Positions 12,294-23,049 of a stretch of 28,127 nt of DNA are shown here, piece by piece. The stretch is from Geosiphon pyriformis uo1 (taxonomy: Eukaryota; Fungi; Glomeromycota). Numbering within the stretch: the first letter of the stretch is position 1; each line of letters begins with the position of its first letter. The stretch spans positions 6,384 through 34,510 of the forward strand of contig JAAOMT010000631.1 in the NCBI GenBank assembly GCA_016748015.1, given 5' to 3'. Under the pieces are notes generated by a model. It searched no databases. It was not told the DNA's origin and was given only the letters and a program-made list of their open reading frames with translations. A program made the translations under genes and the position numbers.

Positions 12294-13078
12294 TTCTTCT
12301 TCTTCCTCTTCTTCTTCTTCCTCTTCTTCTTCGCTAATATTTACCACAGCCGTTGCTGTCCTCCTCGTCAATCGACGTTCAATGGCCGTCAATGTTGGGA
12401 GATTTTTCACCAGAATACGAATTACCAACCTCAAGATTTGTCCGGGTAGTGATTATCAACATCTTCTGGTCTTTAAGAGTTTGTTGCTGTTTCTGCCACT
12501 ATTTGGTAACTTGTTCTGGGATATTATCCTTCAGATTTAAAACGTAAAAAATGGTCAGTGTTACATCAATAACAGAGGTCGGTCACAACTTATCCAAATG
12601 GCCAAGACAGCCGCTCCTTGATGGATTGGCCCTATTTCGATTAGCCCACGGACAAAAGAGACTGCCTGCCATAACAGTGTGGGCAAAAGAGACTGTCCTG
12701 CCATAACTTTATGGTCGGGTGTAGCTCTCACTCACCCGCCTCTTATTAAGTTTGATTGCCAAATTTAGTCATCTTAAAGACTCGGGGGCGTCGTCGTTGT
12801 CACTCTTATATTGAGAGATGATGGCTTCTAGGCTTGCATGAAAGCACTGATGCCATCTAAACCATCTCTCATGAATTAGCAACATATTGTCAGCAAAAAT
12901 ATCTTCTTTTTCCTTTAGCCATGACAAAAAGTTAATTTCACTCCATTCTTCCGGGTTCTTCTCCGCAAAATAATCTGATCAGAAATGCGAATGAACAAGG
13001 TAAGATAGTGACTAATTTTCACAGAAAAAAGACAGCTAGCATTCTCAAGCTACCAAAATATTTCTTTGAGGACGACAT
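11861..13078 (-). pseudogene. Four-exon hypothetical protein with poly-Glu tract, 3'-truncated by the inverted duplication
   Basis: Exons 13078-13054, 12974-12736, 12528-12109 and 12022-11861 with canonical splice sites. Reads YFAEKNPEEWSEINF, then E27, KKKR, then KFDPACSYILDLTPTSKIIKEFTSYQWARIL. It has in-frame TGA/TAG stops and an apparent frameshift before the poly-E. Confidence 0.75.
12252..12332 (-). repeat. (GAA/GAG)27 trinucleotide tract encoding poly-glutamate
   Basis: 81-bp pure pyrimidine run on the + strand, equal to 27 Glu codons on the - strand. Confidence 0.95.
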
Positions 13079-13221
13079 TGTTGAATAATAGGTAGGTATA
13101 TGTGGAAAGCGTGTTGTGAAAAAAAAATACATCCCAAAGCTGATGATCATTTTATTTACGTTAATTACTGTCATGTGATTTTCAATACGTATACATTAAT
13201 TTACCAAAATTGTTTATGATT
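12426..13221 (-). repeat. Right arm of long inverted repeat (796 bp)
   Basis: Reverse complement of 11101-11860. It carries an extra 33 bp around 13086-13120. Confidence 0.98.
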
Positions 13222-13465
13222 CTAAATCGTCTATTAAGAAATGGAAAATTTTAAATTAGAATAGGTTCCTATGCAGAATATTGATTTTTTTCGAGTCAGA
13301 TAAGTGAAGAAATAATAAATATATGTGAAGTTTTCATTTCTTTTAATAATTTAGATAGTTGAAGGAAATAACATAGATTTTACAGAATTATTGCAAGTAA
13401 GCCGTTTAAAAACCTGATTCCTTTAATATGTGCCATCTCAGTCATTTATTACCAAAATCTTTTCA
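13215..13465 (+). repeat. Diverged, deletion-riddled inverted copy of 9324-9672 (kelch pseudogene exons and introns)
   Basis: Collinear blocks match the reverse complement of 9324-9672: CTATTAAGAAATGGAAAATT, TTAAATTAGAAT.GGTTCCTATGC.GAATATT, TCGAGTCAG, TAAGTGAAGAAAT, TTAGATAGTTGA, TTGCAAGTAAGC.GTTTAAAAA, TCAGTCATTTATT. Confidence 0.9.
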
Positions 13466-13670
13466 CGGCTATAAAAAAAATCAACCACAACATTATCAAT
13501 TACATATTGCAATTTTGAAATCATCCTAAAAATATAATGACATTGCCTTGTTAATTGAGGACATTCGTACTGACGATTTCACCATAGATTTTTTATAGGT
13601 CAACCAATTTAATAATCAATTTAAAAAGGACAATATTTGATATTAGAAAGGAACAAACTTTTTTAAATAT

Positions 13671-16600
13671 TTATCTTTTATTAATCGATGAAGAATGTGC
13701 CTTGTTAGTCTACCCTTCGACAACGCGTTGAATTCTAGCGCTTTTGTGCTCTGCTTTTATACGTGTGGAGCTACCATCTCCCCTACCAATACGATGAAAA
13801 AAGGTGATAAGGTTTGATTGAGATCGCGAGGAAGCCTCAGCCTTATTAAAATAATCAAATTGACAAGTGTGATTAGGATGATGACAAAAGATATCTAGCG
13901 AAAAGCAAAAAAAGAAAAACTTACATTTTTCTGATTCATTTATGTATTATTGGTATTAAACTTTCCATAAGAAATCTGTAGTTATAAAGTTGAGTTGAAA
14001 TTTAAATCAATCGCCAACTCCCATCTAAATTCCACCACTTCACTTTAAGTTGTACTGACTCCCGCAGCGTGTCCTGATCAGGGACTCCCCATTCAAATTG
14101 GATATTTGAATTATCTACTTCGGGATGATAATATGCAGCTCGCACACGCTCGCTCTGGAAGGTCTCGGAGAGCACAAAATCTTTTCGGCTTTTTTTCTAA
14201 AAACAAATAGATATTGATGCGACAAATAATAAAACCAATAAAAGAATCAAAACAGATTTAAACTCACAAAATTGTCCCGAAACCTATCTTGCTTGTAATC
14301 ACACGCATCATTGCCATTTTGAACATCTTTCCACCATATTTTAAACTCTTTCAGGCTGTTTATACCTAGAAACCCGTTGAGAATCTCCATTGCTGTGACG
14401 ATTCCAATTCCGGGTATACCTTCGGTGTAATCGCTACCCAACAAAAGAGATAAATGAATTAATTTTTCTCGATTCAAGTGCATTTCACGTTCCAGATCCT
14501 CAGCAAGGAAACATTCCACGAATTTTTGTTAGTCAAACATATTTTTATAAACGCAAGTGTCACCGAAAAGGAAAACATCACTGTCATCGGTAATAATACC
14601 ATCTACTAAAGATAAACGACATAGTTCAGCACATTATGCTTCAGCCTCCATTAGAGCAGCAATATATAGAATGTCAAAGAGTGTCAAAAGACGCTGTGTA
14701 ATAAACTTTTAAATAAGAAATTTACGAACCATTTTCAAAGTTTAAGCTTATCTTTAAATTTATTACTTACCTGGCAATCTTCAATCATAGTCTCAATTAT
14801 TTCATCAGCATCATGCTTATTCTGTCGTTGTTTTTGGTTTAATTGATTTATCTCTTGATCTAGCTCTCGAATAATTTCTTCTACATCTTTGTGTTGTATC
14901 TCATACAAAAAGTGAGTAAATTCAATATTCTCGTCGATCATTTCCTTCGAAGCATCTTCCATACTTTTCTCTCCGCTATTTTCAAATTCATCAGATGACT
15001 CTATAGTTTCTTCAGGTAGCACATCTCCAATTTCAACATTTAATGAGAGTATCCAAGTATAACCCGGTGGGGAATTAACTCTCTTCATATCGAGTAATGA
15101 CCCAGGTGCCAAATCGACTATCTGAGGATTAAGTGAGCCCTCAGGGAATAAGTTAACTGTCTGAGCAGCATCGAATGATAGTTCTCTTCGAATCGAGGAA
15201 CATCTCGGGCGTCAAATCACACTCCTCTGAACCGAGAAATGTTACGGGGGCCAAATCGACTGCCTCGGTAAAAGGCAATATCTGAGGTGACAACTCTTTT
15301 TTACCTTCTACATTTGAAATCAATTTGGGAGATGGACTATTGGGTAATTGAATATTGTTAGTTAGCATTGGGATTTAGCGTTTTTGGCATAATTTCTAAC
15401 TTACGGAAGTATCTGAATTTCTTCCCAATCACTTTCTTCGTTCTCTTCGGGGTATTTGATGATTTTCTGGCCTGAACTTAATGGCTTTACTATTTCAGGA
15501 TGAAAATTGAATTCCGATTCATCATGTTGTCTGCCGAATTTTGCGAAATTCTCTTTAATTTAAACTGAATATTAAAAGACATGAGATTCTTTTACTAACA
15601 CAGAGGGCTCAACTTCATAGCTGGAATCGCTCGCTTTATCAGAATACGAGCTTGAATCCGCGATTAAAGTTTCTAAGGATAGTTTCAACTTTTTTGGAGG
15701 TGGTTCAGCTTGTTTTTGAGAAACACTACCGATCGTCCAGCCGGTCATATTCTTGTCATTTTTTATAAGAATATATTCCCGATTTCGTTCGGAAGCGATC
15801 CGAACCGGAGTCGGAGCGGTCATATTACCTTCTTCTGATGTCACATCAAGAAGTTTTTGGGTTAAGTTATTACGATGTAAAAGATTTTGGATCTGAAAGT
15901 GGGAAAAATTATTAGCATTGTCCACTTGAAATGTCAAAGGGAAAGATGTTTGTGAGACTATTAAAGCAACTCAAGATTTTTGAAATCATTCTAATTGACG
16001 GCATTTCTAGGAACGTCAACTTCGATGCCTGACGACTCTTCATTCTCATTTCACCTATGATTTCGTATTGGGTTTCAAGTGGGAGACTTCGAAAGGCTTC
16101 AGAGTCGATATCGATATATTCCGGCTAAGGGTTGAGAAAAATTTAAAAAGAGCAGTGAGATATAATTTTCGCTATCCTATCTTTGTACTTTAACATGGCT
16201 CTCGATAGAGCAAAGGCATGATTGCAATGTAAATAATGAAGCAATCACAGGTCCCTCCTACTGATAATGCTGGTGTTATAGAACAAAGATCGGTACTATG
16301 GCACGGATACAACGTAGAGAAACGGTTTCCGACCTGATAAAGGTCGTCGTGATAATTCTGATGATTAAGGCAAAGGTACACAGATCTCTACATAATAGCT
16401 GTACGACAATAAATAATACTAAAGGAAACTCCGTATTTAGCCTTGAATTCTTTAATTAAAAATCGAAGATCCTCCTCATTAGCAAATCTGAAATCGTCCT
16501 TTTTAACCATCGCTCTTTGTGAATAACAGAGAGATGAATTAAAAACAGAAAATTTAATATGAGACTAGTCTTACCCCACACCACCCTCAATTGAAGGTAA

Positions 16601-16935
16601 CTCGTATTCATCACGTTTTCTACATCCATATATTTCTTGAACAGTTAATTTGAGGTCATCAAAGTAGCCAGTATCGTCAGTGATAATGGGTTGTTTTGGT
16701 ACACAATCAATCTCGTTCAAGGAACTGTTACAATCACAAAAAATGATAACGTCAAAAAGCTTTTACTACTGCCAAATCTCGTGAATCACCCAGATTTAAG
16801 TATTGAAATATTGAAATATTTCCCTTTTTGGATCCGTTTCCTTGATAGCTCTAAGTCGCATTTGCATAGCTAGAATCTTTTGGGCAGTTTTTTTGAGATT
16901 CTTGGCATTTTGCTGGCGCCTGAGCTTTCTTTCTG
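13671..16935 (-). pseudogene. RAD2: DNA repair endonuclease RAD2/XPG (ERCC5) pseudogene lacking the N-terminal nuclease domain
   Basis: XPG-I motifs [27 protein letters not shown] and H3TH LLGSDYTEGIPGIGIVTAMEIL. Rad2-type segments: KTAQKILAMQM, IDIDSEAFRSLPLETQYEII, FSHFQIQNLLHRN, RIASERNREYILIKN, AYYHPEVDNS..FEWGVPD. In-frame TAA at 14634-14636 and 14529-14531, plus frameshifts. No MGVxGLW or VFVFDG motif upstream. Confidence 0.92.
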
Positions 16936-17849
16936 CATGAAATCTATTTGGTGGTTGTTGTCTGTTATTTCTTGGGACCGATTGATTATGATTATGATTT
17001 CCTGGATGTGTTGATTGAAAACGATTCTGGGGTGCAAACTGATTTCGCTGAAATAGTCTTTGATGTTGTAAATTTTTATAATTTACTGGTGGTGAATAAA
17101 ATAAAACCCAATTTACAAAAACAAATTCTTTTTAACTAAAATAATTAATTACAAGAACTTTTTCTTATTTTCTTTATTTGAAAAACTAATAACTTTATAA
17201 TTGCTTAGTTACCAACTATTAATCTATTAATTATTTCGGAATACTAGAATAACTATTTAGTGTTATTATATAAATAAAATTGATTTTTGAGAATTTATAA
17301 AACCAAAACACATCTTTATTGGATTTTGAAATTTATTGAAATAAAACAAGCAGACAGCCTTAGATTGGTTCAAACAATTCTATTTTTTAAAGTGAATCCA
17401 AATTTTCTAAGTTTATTTTTCCTAATTGTTCTGATTAAAACAAATAAAAATTTTCTGTTCTGGACAAAATTTGTGATATAAAATCTACATATTCACATAG
17501 TTGTAAAAAGTTTAGAACATATTGTAATAGTAACTGTTTTTTTTAGTTTTGGGCTCAAATATTCAATAATTGTATTAGCTAAAATTTCAATATTGTCTTT
17601 TATAATATTGTAAATTAAAATCCGAATATGTTTGTGATCTTTAATTAGTATGTACATATTGGTAATAGCAATAGATTAAAACTGACAAATTGCTGATTCT
17701 ATCTCAAAAATCTGGAATTAGTCCTTAATTTTTCTGAGTATTTTTAATAAATAGTAATAGTATGATAAGATTAAAACAATTTGACTAGTGAAAGTAATTT
17801 CTCCTTGGTCAAAAACTTTTTTTGTCATATTTACTGGTATATTAATTTT

Positions 17850-18270
17850 ATTAGTAAATTCAAATATATTTATGCTTTTTGCTGTTATTCCTAATTTTTT
17901 CTTTGTTCTTACTGAAACTAATTGTGTTTTTTTAACTAAAGACAAAAATATAGTCTGTATTATCTTTTCTTTTGGTTTAATTATATAGGCTTTTTCTAAG
18001 TTATTTTATAGTATAATAACAATAATTTCTCTATATTCTGTATTGATTATTTCTTTTTTTATGCTGATTTTTCTGCTAAACTAGATCTTAATGTTAATTG
18101 TACTATAACTGTTGCTAGAATTTTTAATGTTATTTTTAAATCTATTTTTGTAAGAGAATAAAATTCTAAAACTATTAAAATCTGTCTAAAATATTTTAAA
18201 TCAAATTCAGTATTTGTTTTATGTATTTTTTTAAACATAATTTTTTCTTTATTATTACTAAACCATTTAA
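17850..18270 (-). pseudogene. Trimeric dUTPase domain, degraded
   Basis: All five motifs appear in order with G>A/C>T damage: TEFDL (AGFDL), RSSLAEK (RSS), EIINTEYRE (GxIDxxYxG), EKIIQTIF (ExIAQ), AKSINIFEFTN (RGxxGFGSTG). At least one in-frame stop is present. Confidence 0.8.
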
Positions 18271-18319
18271 GTTTTTTTGATAGATTGAAAAGCACAATAT
18301 ATTGTTTACCATTAAAAGC

Positions 18320-18728
18320 AATATTTAAATTTTAATCAGATTTGAAAATAATATTTAAATTAAGAATAAACTCTAATTTCGATTTCTATTAATTTTTACT
18401 AATTGGTTTGCTAATTTTAAAAACAAAGTATAAACAAAATTACACTTTTTATAATATTTAAATTTTAATCAGATTTGAAAATAATATTTAAATTAACAAT
18501 AAACTCTAATTTCGATTTCTATTAATTTTTACTAATTGGTTTGCTAATTTTAAAAACAAAGTATAAACAAAATTACACTTTTTATAATATTTAAATTTTA
18601 ATCAGATTTGAAAATAATATTTAAATTAACAATAAACTCTAATTTCGATTTCTATTAATTTTTACTAATTGGTTTGCTAATTTTAAAAACAAAGTATAAA
18701 CAAAATTACACTTTTTATAATATTTAAA
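18320..18728. repeat. Tandem repeat, 133-bp unit x3
   Basis: Units start at 18320, 18453 and 18586. I saw only one substitution (AAGAATA vs AACAATA). The array is closed by a 10-bp partial unit, AATATTTAAA. Confidence 0.97.
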
Positions 18729-19514
18729 GTAATATAATATAAGATAATACTTGTATAATTTAGTATTTAAACTTAAAAATCTTTGTTTTTGTTTCTTTTT
18801 AAATAATACAAATACTTAATAATACTTGTAAAACTTGTTTAAATTGTTTAATAAATAAAAGATAGATTTTTATTTAAGTTAATAATTAGAGTATTTTTGA
18901 TTATAAAGATTTAGACTAATATAATATTGTTAATTTTTATTATAGTTATTCTTTAAATCTTGTTTTTATTATATAAACAATTGTTTAAATATAAAATAAC
19001 TTAATTATAAATGACAATAAAAATTGTATATTAACATAATTTGTTACATATTTTTTTTTGAAATATTGTTTTATATTTTTTTATTAAATAGAATTTTGTT
19101 ATAAGTAAAATATAATTTATTGTTTTATATAACTTGTTTTTTAGATAATTTAAATCTTTTTAAAACATAAAGTCTATAATAAAGTTTTGTAGTAATTAAG
19201 TATTTTTATTATTATTATATAGTTAAATATGAGATAACTTATACTGAGATAATCCATAATCTGTAATAAGCTATAGCATTTTGAATTTATCAATTTGGTA
19301 GTTAAAAATTCCTATGTTTATAATTCATACCTGTAATATTCAATAATCCATAACTTTATACTATCAATGTGAGTTATTTAAAGTGCTAAATTTAGTTTAA
19401 ATTCTGCTAATTTTGGTAAAATTACTGTAAAGCAAACCAATATTTCTATAACTAAAAATTTTATATAATAATATAACATTACTTATTTAACAAAATAATA
19501 TTAATTATATAAAT

Positions 19515-19932
19515 AATTAAATTAGAGTTTCGAATTGTTTCAAGTTTTAAATTATTATTAATTGTGTGAATAATTAAGTCAGAGTTTTGAATTATTCCAA
19601 GTTTTAAATTATTATTGATCTTGTGAATAATTAAATTATAGTTTCAAATTGCCCCAAGTTTTAAATTATTATTGATTATATGAGTAATTAAGTTTGAATT
19701 TCGAATTGTCCCAACTTCTAAATTATTATTGATTATATGAGTAATTAAGTCGAAGTTTCAAATTGTTCTAAGTTTTAAATTATTACTGACTTTGTAAATA
19801 ATTAAATTGAAGTTTTAAATTGTCTTAAGTTTTAAATTATTATCAATTATATAAGTAATCAAGTCAGAGTTTTAAATTGTCTCAAGTTTTAAATTATTAC
19901 TAATTTTGTGAGTAATTAAATCAGATTTTTGG
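19515..19932. repeat. Minisatellite, 57-bp unit x ~7.3
   Basis: Units start at 19515, 19572, 19629, 19686, 19743, 19800, 19857 and 19914, with core AATTG....AAGTTTTAAATTATTA. No indels; variation is mostly C/T and G/A. Confidence 0.95.
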
Positions 19933-19990
19933 ATTAATTTTATCTGATCAGAGTCTTAATCATACTTTTTCTTTGTCTTTTGATTTTACT

Positions 19991-20440
19991 ATGTCTAATA
20001 ACAAAAAGTATACTATTTTTTTAGCTTGTATTCTGCAAAGTTGTAAAAATACTACATTTCATAATAAACTTTTAGTGTTTGATCGATATTATGCAAATGA
20101 TAAAAACTAATCAAAAACTGCAAAGCATTTTAAAAAAAATAGTTTTCTATACATGAAATAGTCTTTAGTTTTGGCTTGGATTAAAAATAAACCAAATTTT
20201 TATTCATAAGCAAATACAATGCATGACTTGATTAATAAGTATATATATATAATATGTAATTCTAAATTTGATAAAACACTTGTTATTTTTGTTCAAAAGA
20301 CAAAATTATGTAGAATAATATTTATTGGAGATATAATTTAAACTGTTAGCATAAAATTCAATAATCAATTAAATATTCTAAAAAATAAGCACCAAAAATT
20401 ATCTAATAGCTGACTTAAAAGCTTTAAAGACTGTTACCTA
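19991..20440 (+). pseudogene. pogo/Tigger-type transposase N-terminus (CENP-B HTH), degraded
   Basis: Reads KFDKTLVIFVQK...FIGDII*TVSIKFNNQLNI...KLSNS*LKSFKDCY, matching the CENP-B HTH pattern ending in SxGWLxxFKxR. Confidence 0.7.
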
Positions 20441-21549
20441 ATAAAAATTAACAAAAATCAAAAATAATAATATTATAATATATTAATTAATTATTAAATA
20501 ACAATATAAATAGTACAGATTAATGAATAAAATTAAAAAATGTAACATGTACATAATATTATGCAAAACATACACAAATGTACCCAATTTAACATAATTG
20601 CAAACAAGTAAGCCAAGAAGCACTTATAGTTAAATAAAAAGTTTAATAGTTTAGCAATTATACAATAATTAATTAGAATAGACATAATTATGTATAATTC
20701 GAAATATGTATTATATAATTATTTTCTATCTAAAAAAACAGACAAAAAAAGAGAATAATAAAAAGCAAGAAGTTAATTAAATAAAATAAAACCAAAAAAA
20801 AGCTAAAAAAATTGAATATAATTTTTAAAAAAACTAAAAAGTATGTTTATTAAGCTTTGGATTATAATATCCACTAATACTAAGATTAGTATTATTAAAA
20901 ACTTTTCATCTTTATAATTTAATTATCTACAAATAACCAAAAAAGTTACTATTTCCTTTTACTATTGTCTTTTTATTGATAAAAAACAATGGTAAAAACA
21001 TTTAATATATTAACACTAACATGAATAAAACCCAAGCTTAATATAATTGAAAACATATTAAAAAAATATTAAATACATAAAATTACTTAAAACTATTCAT
21101 AATATTTTGGCCAAAATTAATAATTGACTTAAAAATACAACAAAAATTTTTTTTGAAGGACTAGCATAAAAGTAATTACTAATAGTAATTTTAACAAAAA
21201 CATTATGTTATATACTAAATTCAATAACAAAACACTTATTAAAAAAAATTATTTAATATCTGTTAGAAAGTTAGAAAAACTTATTAAGCTAATTTTTAAA
21301 TTTTTAAATAATAATTCAATATAAATCAAAAATGATGTTAATTAAGACTAATATACTTATTTTTATATTAAAATTAAATAATTTTTTATGTTATTACTTG
21401 ATTTAAAAAGCCATAAAAATTAATTATAGTATGATCACTAAAAAAAAACTACTCATAATATCATATTAGATTGTATTTACTTTACTTTTATGATAATATA
21501 TTATTAGCCAATATTAAACATATTACAATCAGGGAGATTTTCCAATTTG

Positions 21550-23000
21550 TCAATGGAAATCATTTTTTTTATGATAATAAAAAAAATTAGAGAAGTTTTT
21601 GGAAACAATTGTAAAACACTAAACAAAATTTCTAAAATATTACAATATTTAATTATTATTTTTTTTTATAAGCTGCTACTGTCATCAAAAGACAATGACA
21701 AAACTATTATATCTGGCTTATTGTTTGTGAGTATTATAAGAGTTTTAATAATAGTTAATATATAATACAGTACTGCTGCTCTTGGTATTTTAAAAACTGG
21801 TGGTGCTTCAAAGGCTAGTAGTGCTTTGGAAGCTATTGTTGTAGGTATTGATAAAGTTATTCTGGATCAAACTTTGGCTAATAAGATTATTTTTTCTTCA
21901 TATTGAAAAAAAAATTAACAGACCTACAAATAAGAATAATGGCCCAATAGAATTCTTCAGGAACAAGTTTAATAGGACATTGTTCGAGCAAATTAACTGA
22001 AAATAGAGTTTGAATTTACTATTTCTTAGAAAGAAAAATGTGACTAATAATAAAACTCAAAGCATAAAAATTCCAATATATATCTAATAAATACGTTTTC
22101 ACACCAACTTTGGCATTTGTGATTAAAAAAAAGCTCTATACTAACAATCATATTCATCATTCAACCAATATTTAGTATTAGTGAGCAAAAGTTTGACTAA
22201 TAGTTTTAAAGATATATTAAAAATCAACTTTTTTGGAGCAAATAAATCCATGTTGAATGTTTTTCATAATCCAAACATAATTATACAGAATAGAAATTCG
22301 GACTTAGACTTAACATATTATGTTTTAAAAATGGATATATATAATACAATGGCAGCATTAGCATTAAATTCAATCTTAATGGCTGATAAAATTTTTGTAT
22401 ATGATCCAAATTTTTCAGCTTGTAAAAAATATTGCAAATAGAAGTCAATAAAAAGGAGTGGCAAAGAACCATATATTGAAAATTATTAATATCAAACAAT
22501 TGGCAATAGTAGTTGTTAAAACTTTATGGAATCTATTCAGTGGTTTTCTCTTTAGCAGCTAGTAGATATCTCAACTATGTGTTTAAATAATAGAACTGGA
22601 TGGAGTTTAAAATCTCACAAAACATGTATTAGCAAAAGAGCCTAACCCATAATCTTTATATTATAGCTCTGAACAAGAATTTTGCCAAGCATTATATTGA
22701 ACAATATAAGCATTAGTGCCACAATAATTACAATTTATATTTCACACAACTTCTGGGCTACATATATTAAAATCATCATTCACCATAGAAACAATTACAT
22801 CATAGACATTGGATTTATAGTTAATATCTTCAAAAATACAAGCATTGTATATTAATTAATTACAGTTCTAATTATAAATAATAATACATCCAACTCAATA
22901 TAAACAAAATTGTACACAATACAATATATTTCTAACTTCTTGAAGGATATTTATTAGGTTGTGACATGATTAATTTGATAAGTTTCAAAAACATAATTAC
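21550..23000 (+). pseudogene. Long degraded ORF of unknown function, convergent with the 23050-25663 ORF
   Basis: One frame reads protein-like from ~21930 into ORF 22181-22441 (NNGPIEFFRNKFNRTLFEQIN...QSYSSFNQYLVLVSKSLTNSFKDILK...) if its stop codons are reverted to the C-starting codons (mostly Gln). No family recognised; boundaries approximate. Confidence 0.35.
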
Positions 23001-23049
23001 TTAAAAGAGATATTAGAAAGTTAATAATAGATAATAGTTGTAATTTTAT

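Larger units (their letters stand above)
16936..19935 (-). mobile_element. Heavily AT-mutated retroelement-like relic carrying a dUTPase domain
   Basis: Contains a decayed dUTPase, an N/Q/P-rich gag-like stretch (PQNRFQSTHPGNHNHNQSVPRNNRQQPPNRF, ~16940-17090) and internal tandem arrays. No RT, integrase or LTR was recognised, so class and boundaries are inferred. Confidence 0.5.

Noticed and set aside
12115-12540. 141-aa poly-Ser ORF on the + strand and its mirror C-terminus in ORF 11746-11997
   Set aside because: It is the antisense shadow of the poly-Glu exon. The shared ICPGSD..HLLVFKSLL tail just reflects the inverted repeat.
11101-13221. Foldback or Mutator element with long TIRs
   Set aside because: No TSD (flanks are ATTTATATTA and CTAAATCGTC), the arms are made of spliced gene sequence, and inverted homology continues beyond the right arm. 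Not fully excluded without copy-number data.
19515-19932. CRISPR array
   Set aside because: Units are contiguous degenerate copies with no unique spacers; the context is eukaryotic and no cas genes are present.
20450-21500. Possible MULE/SWIM transposase relic
   Set aside because: Only vague motif echoes were seen, which is not enough to support a call by eye.
21940-22200. Ulp1-like protease motif (WLNDE) on the minus strand
   Set aside because: The motif is isolated, with no supportable catalytic His/Asp/Cys in frame. The plus strand gives a longer coherent reading.
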